A stretch of 64,000 nt of DNA from contig NC_069003.1 in the NCBI RefSeq assembly GCF_001194135.2, positions 24,094,281-24,158,280 on the forward strand, given 5' to 3'. A model generated the notes under the pieces. The model saw nothing but the letters and a program-made list of their open reading frames with translations. It was not told the DNA's origin and did no database searches. The position numbers and the translations under genes are program-made. The DNA is from Octopus bimaculoides. Its lineage: Eukaryota. This document shows positions 63,893 through 64,000 of the stretch, one piece after another. How positions within the stretch are numbered: position 1 is the stretch's first letter; each line of letters starts with the position of its first letter.

Positions 63893-64000
63893 GGGAGTTC
63901 TTAATGAAATGATTTTTACACATTCCAAGCTGATTACATACGCATACTTTCACCGATGCATACAATTACATACCACACACCTGCTTACACACATACTCAG

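Overview
AT-rich, microsatellite- and retroposon-saturated eukaryotic DNA with many N gaps. The SINE set and repeat density suggest an octopus (coleoid cephalopod) genome; this is inference. The main content is a small cluster of NLR-like STAND genes. Gene A (+ strand, nine exons at 33504-53340) encodes an NB-ARC/APAF-1-type NTPase, winged helix, TPR array and Cys-rich tail. Its Walker A exon sits on the opposite strand at 11814-11633, at the edge of a block bounded by the only two 100-N gaps (11450-11549, 32471-32570), so that block is probably mis-oriented in the assembly. Flipping it gives an ~856-aa ORF. A phase-compatible upstream exon (18147-17929, -) looks like a SAM domain but carries one in-frame TAA. 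Four 3' exons of a diverged paralog B lie at 29069-23055 (-). Other content: candidate small exons of an unidentified gene at 5-7 kb (-), a 3'-truncated maT (DD37D) transposase ORF, mariner, hAT and piggyBac-type MITEs, R4-like, Tx1-like and RTE LINE remnants, Helitron remnants, several tRNA-derived SINE families, and Penelope-type minimal hammerhead ribozyme motifs, one on a tRNA-headed element with a 12-bp TSD.
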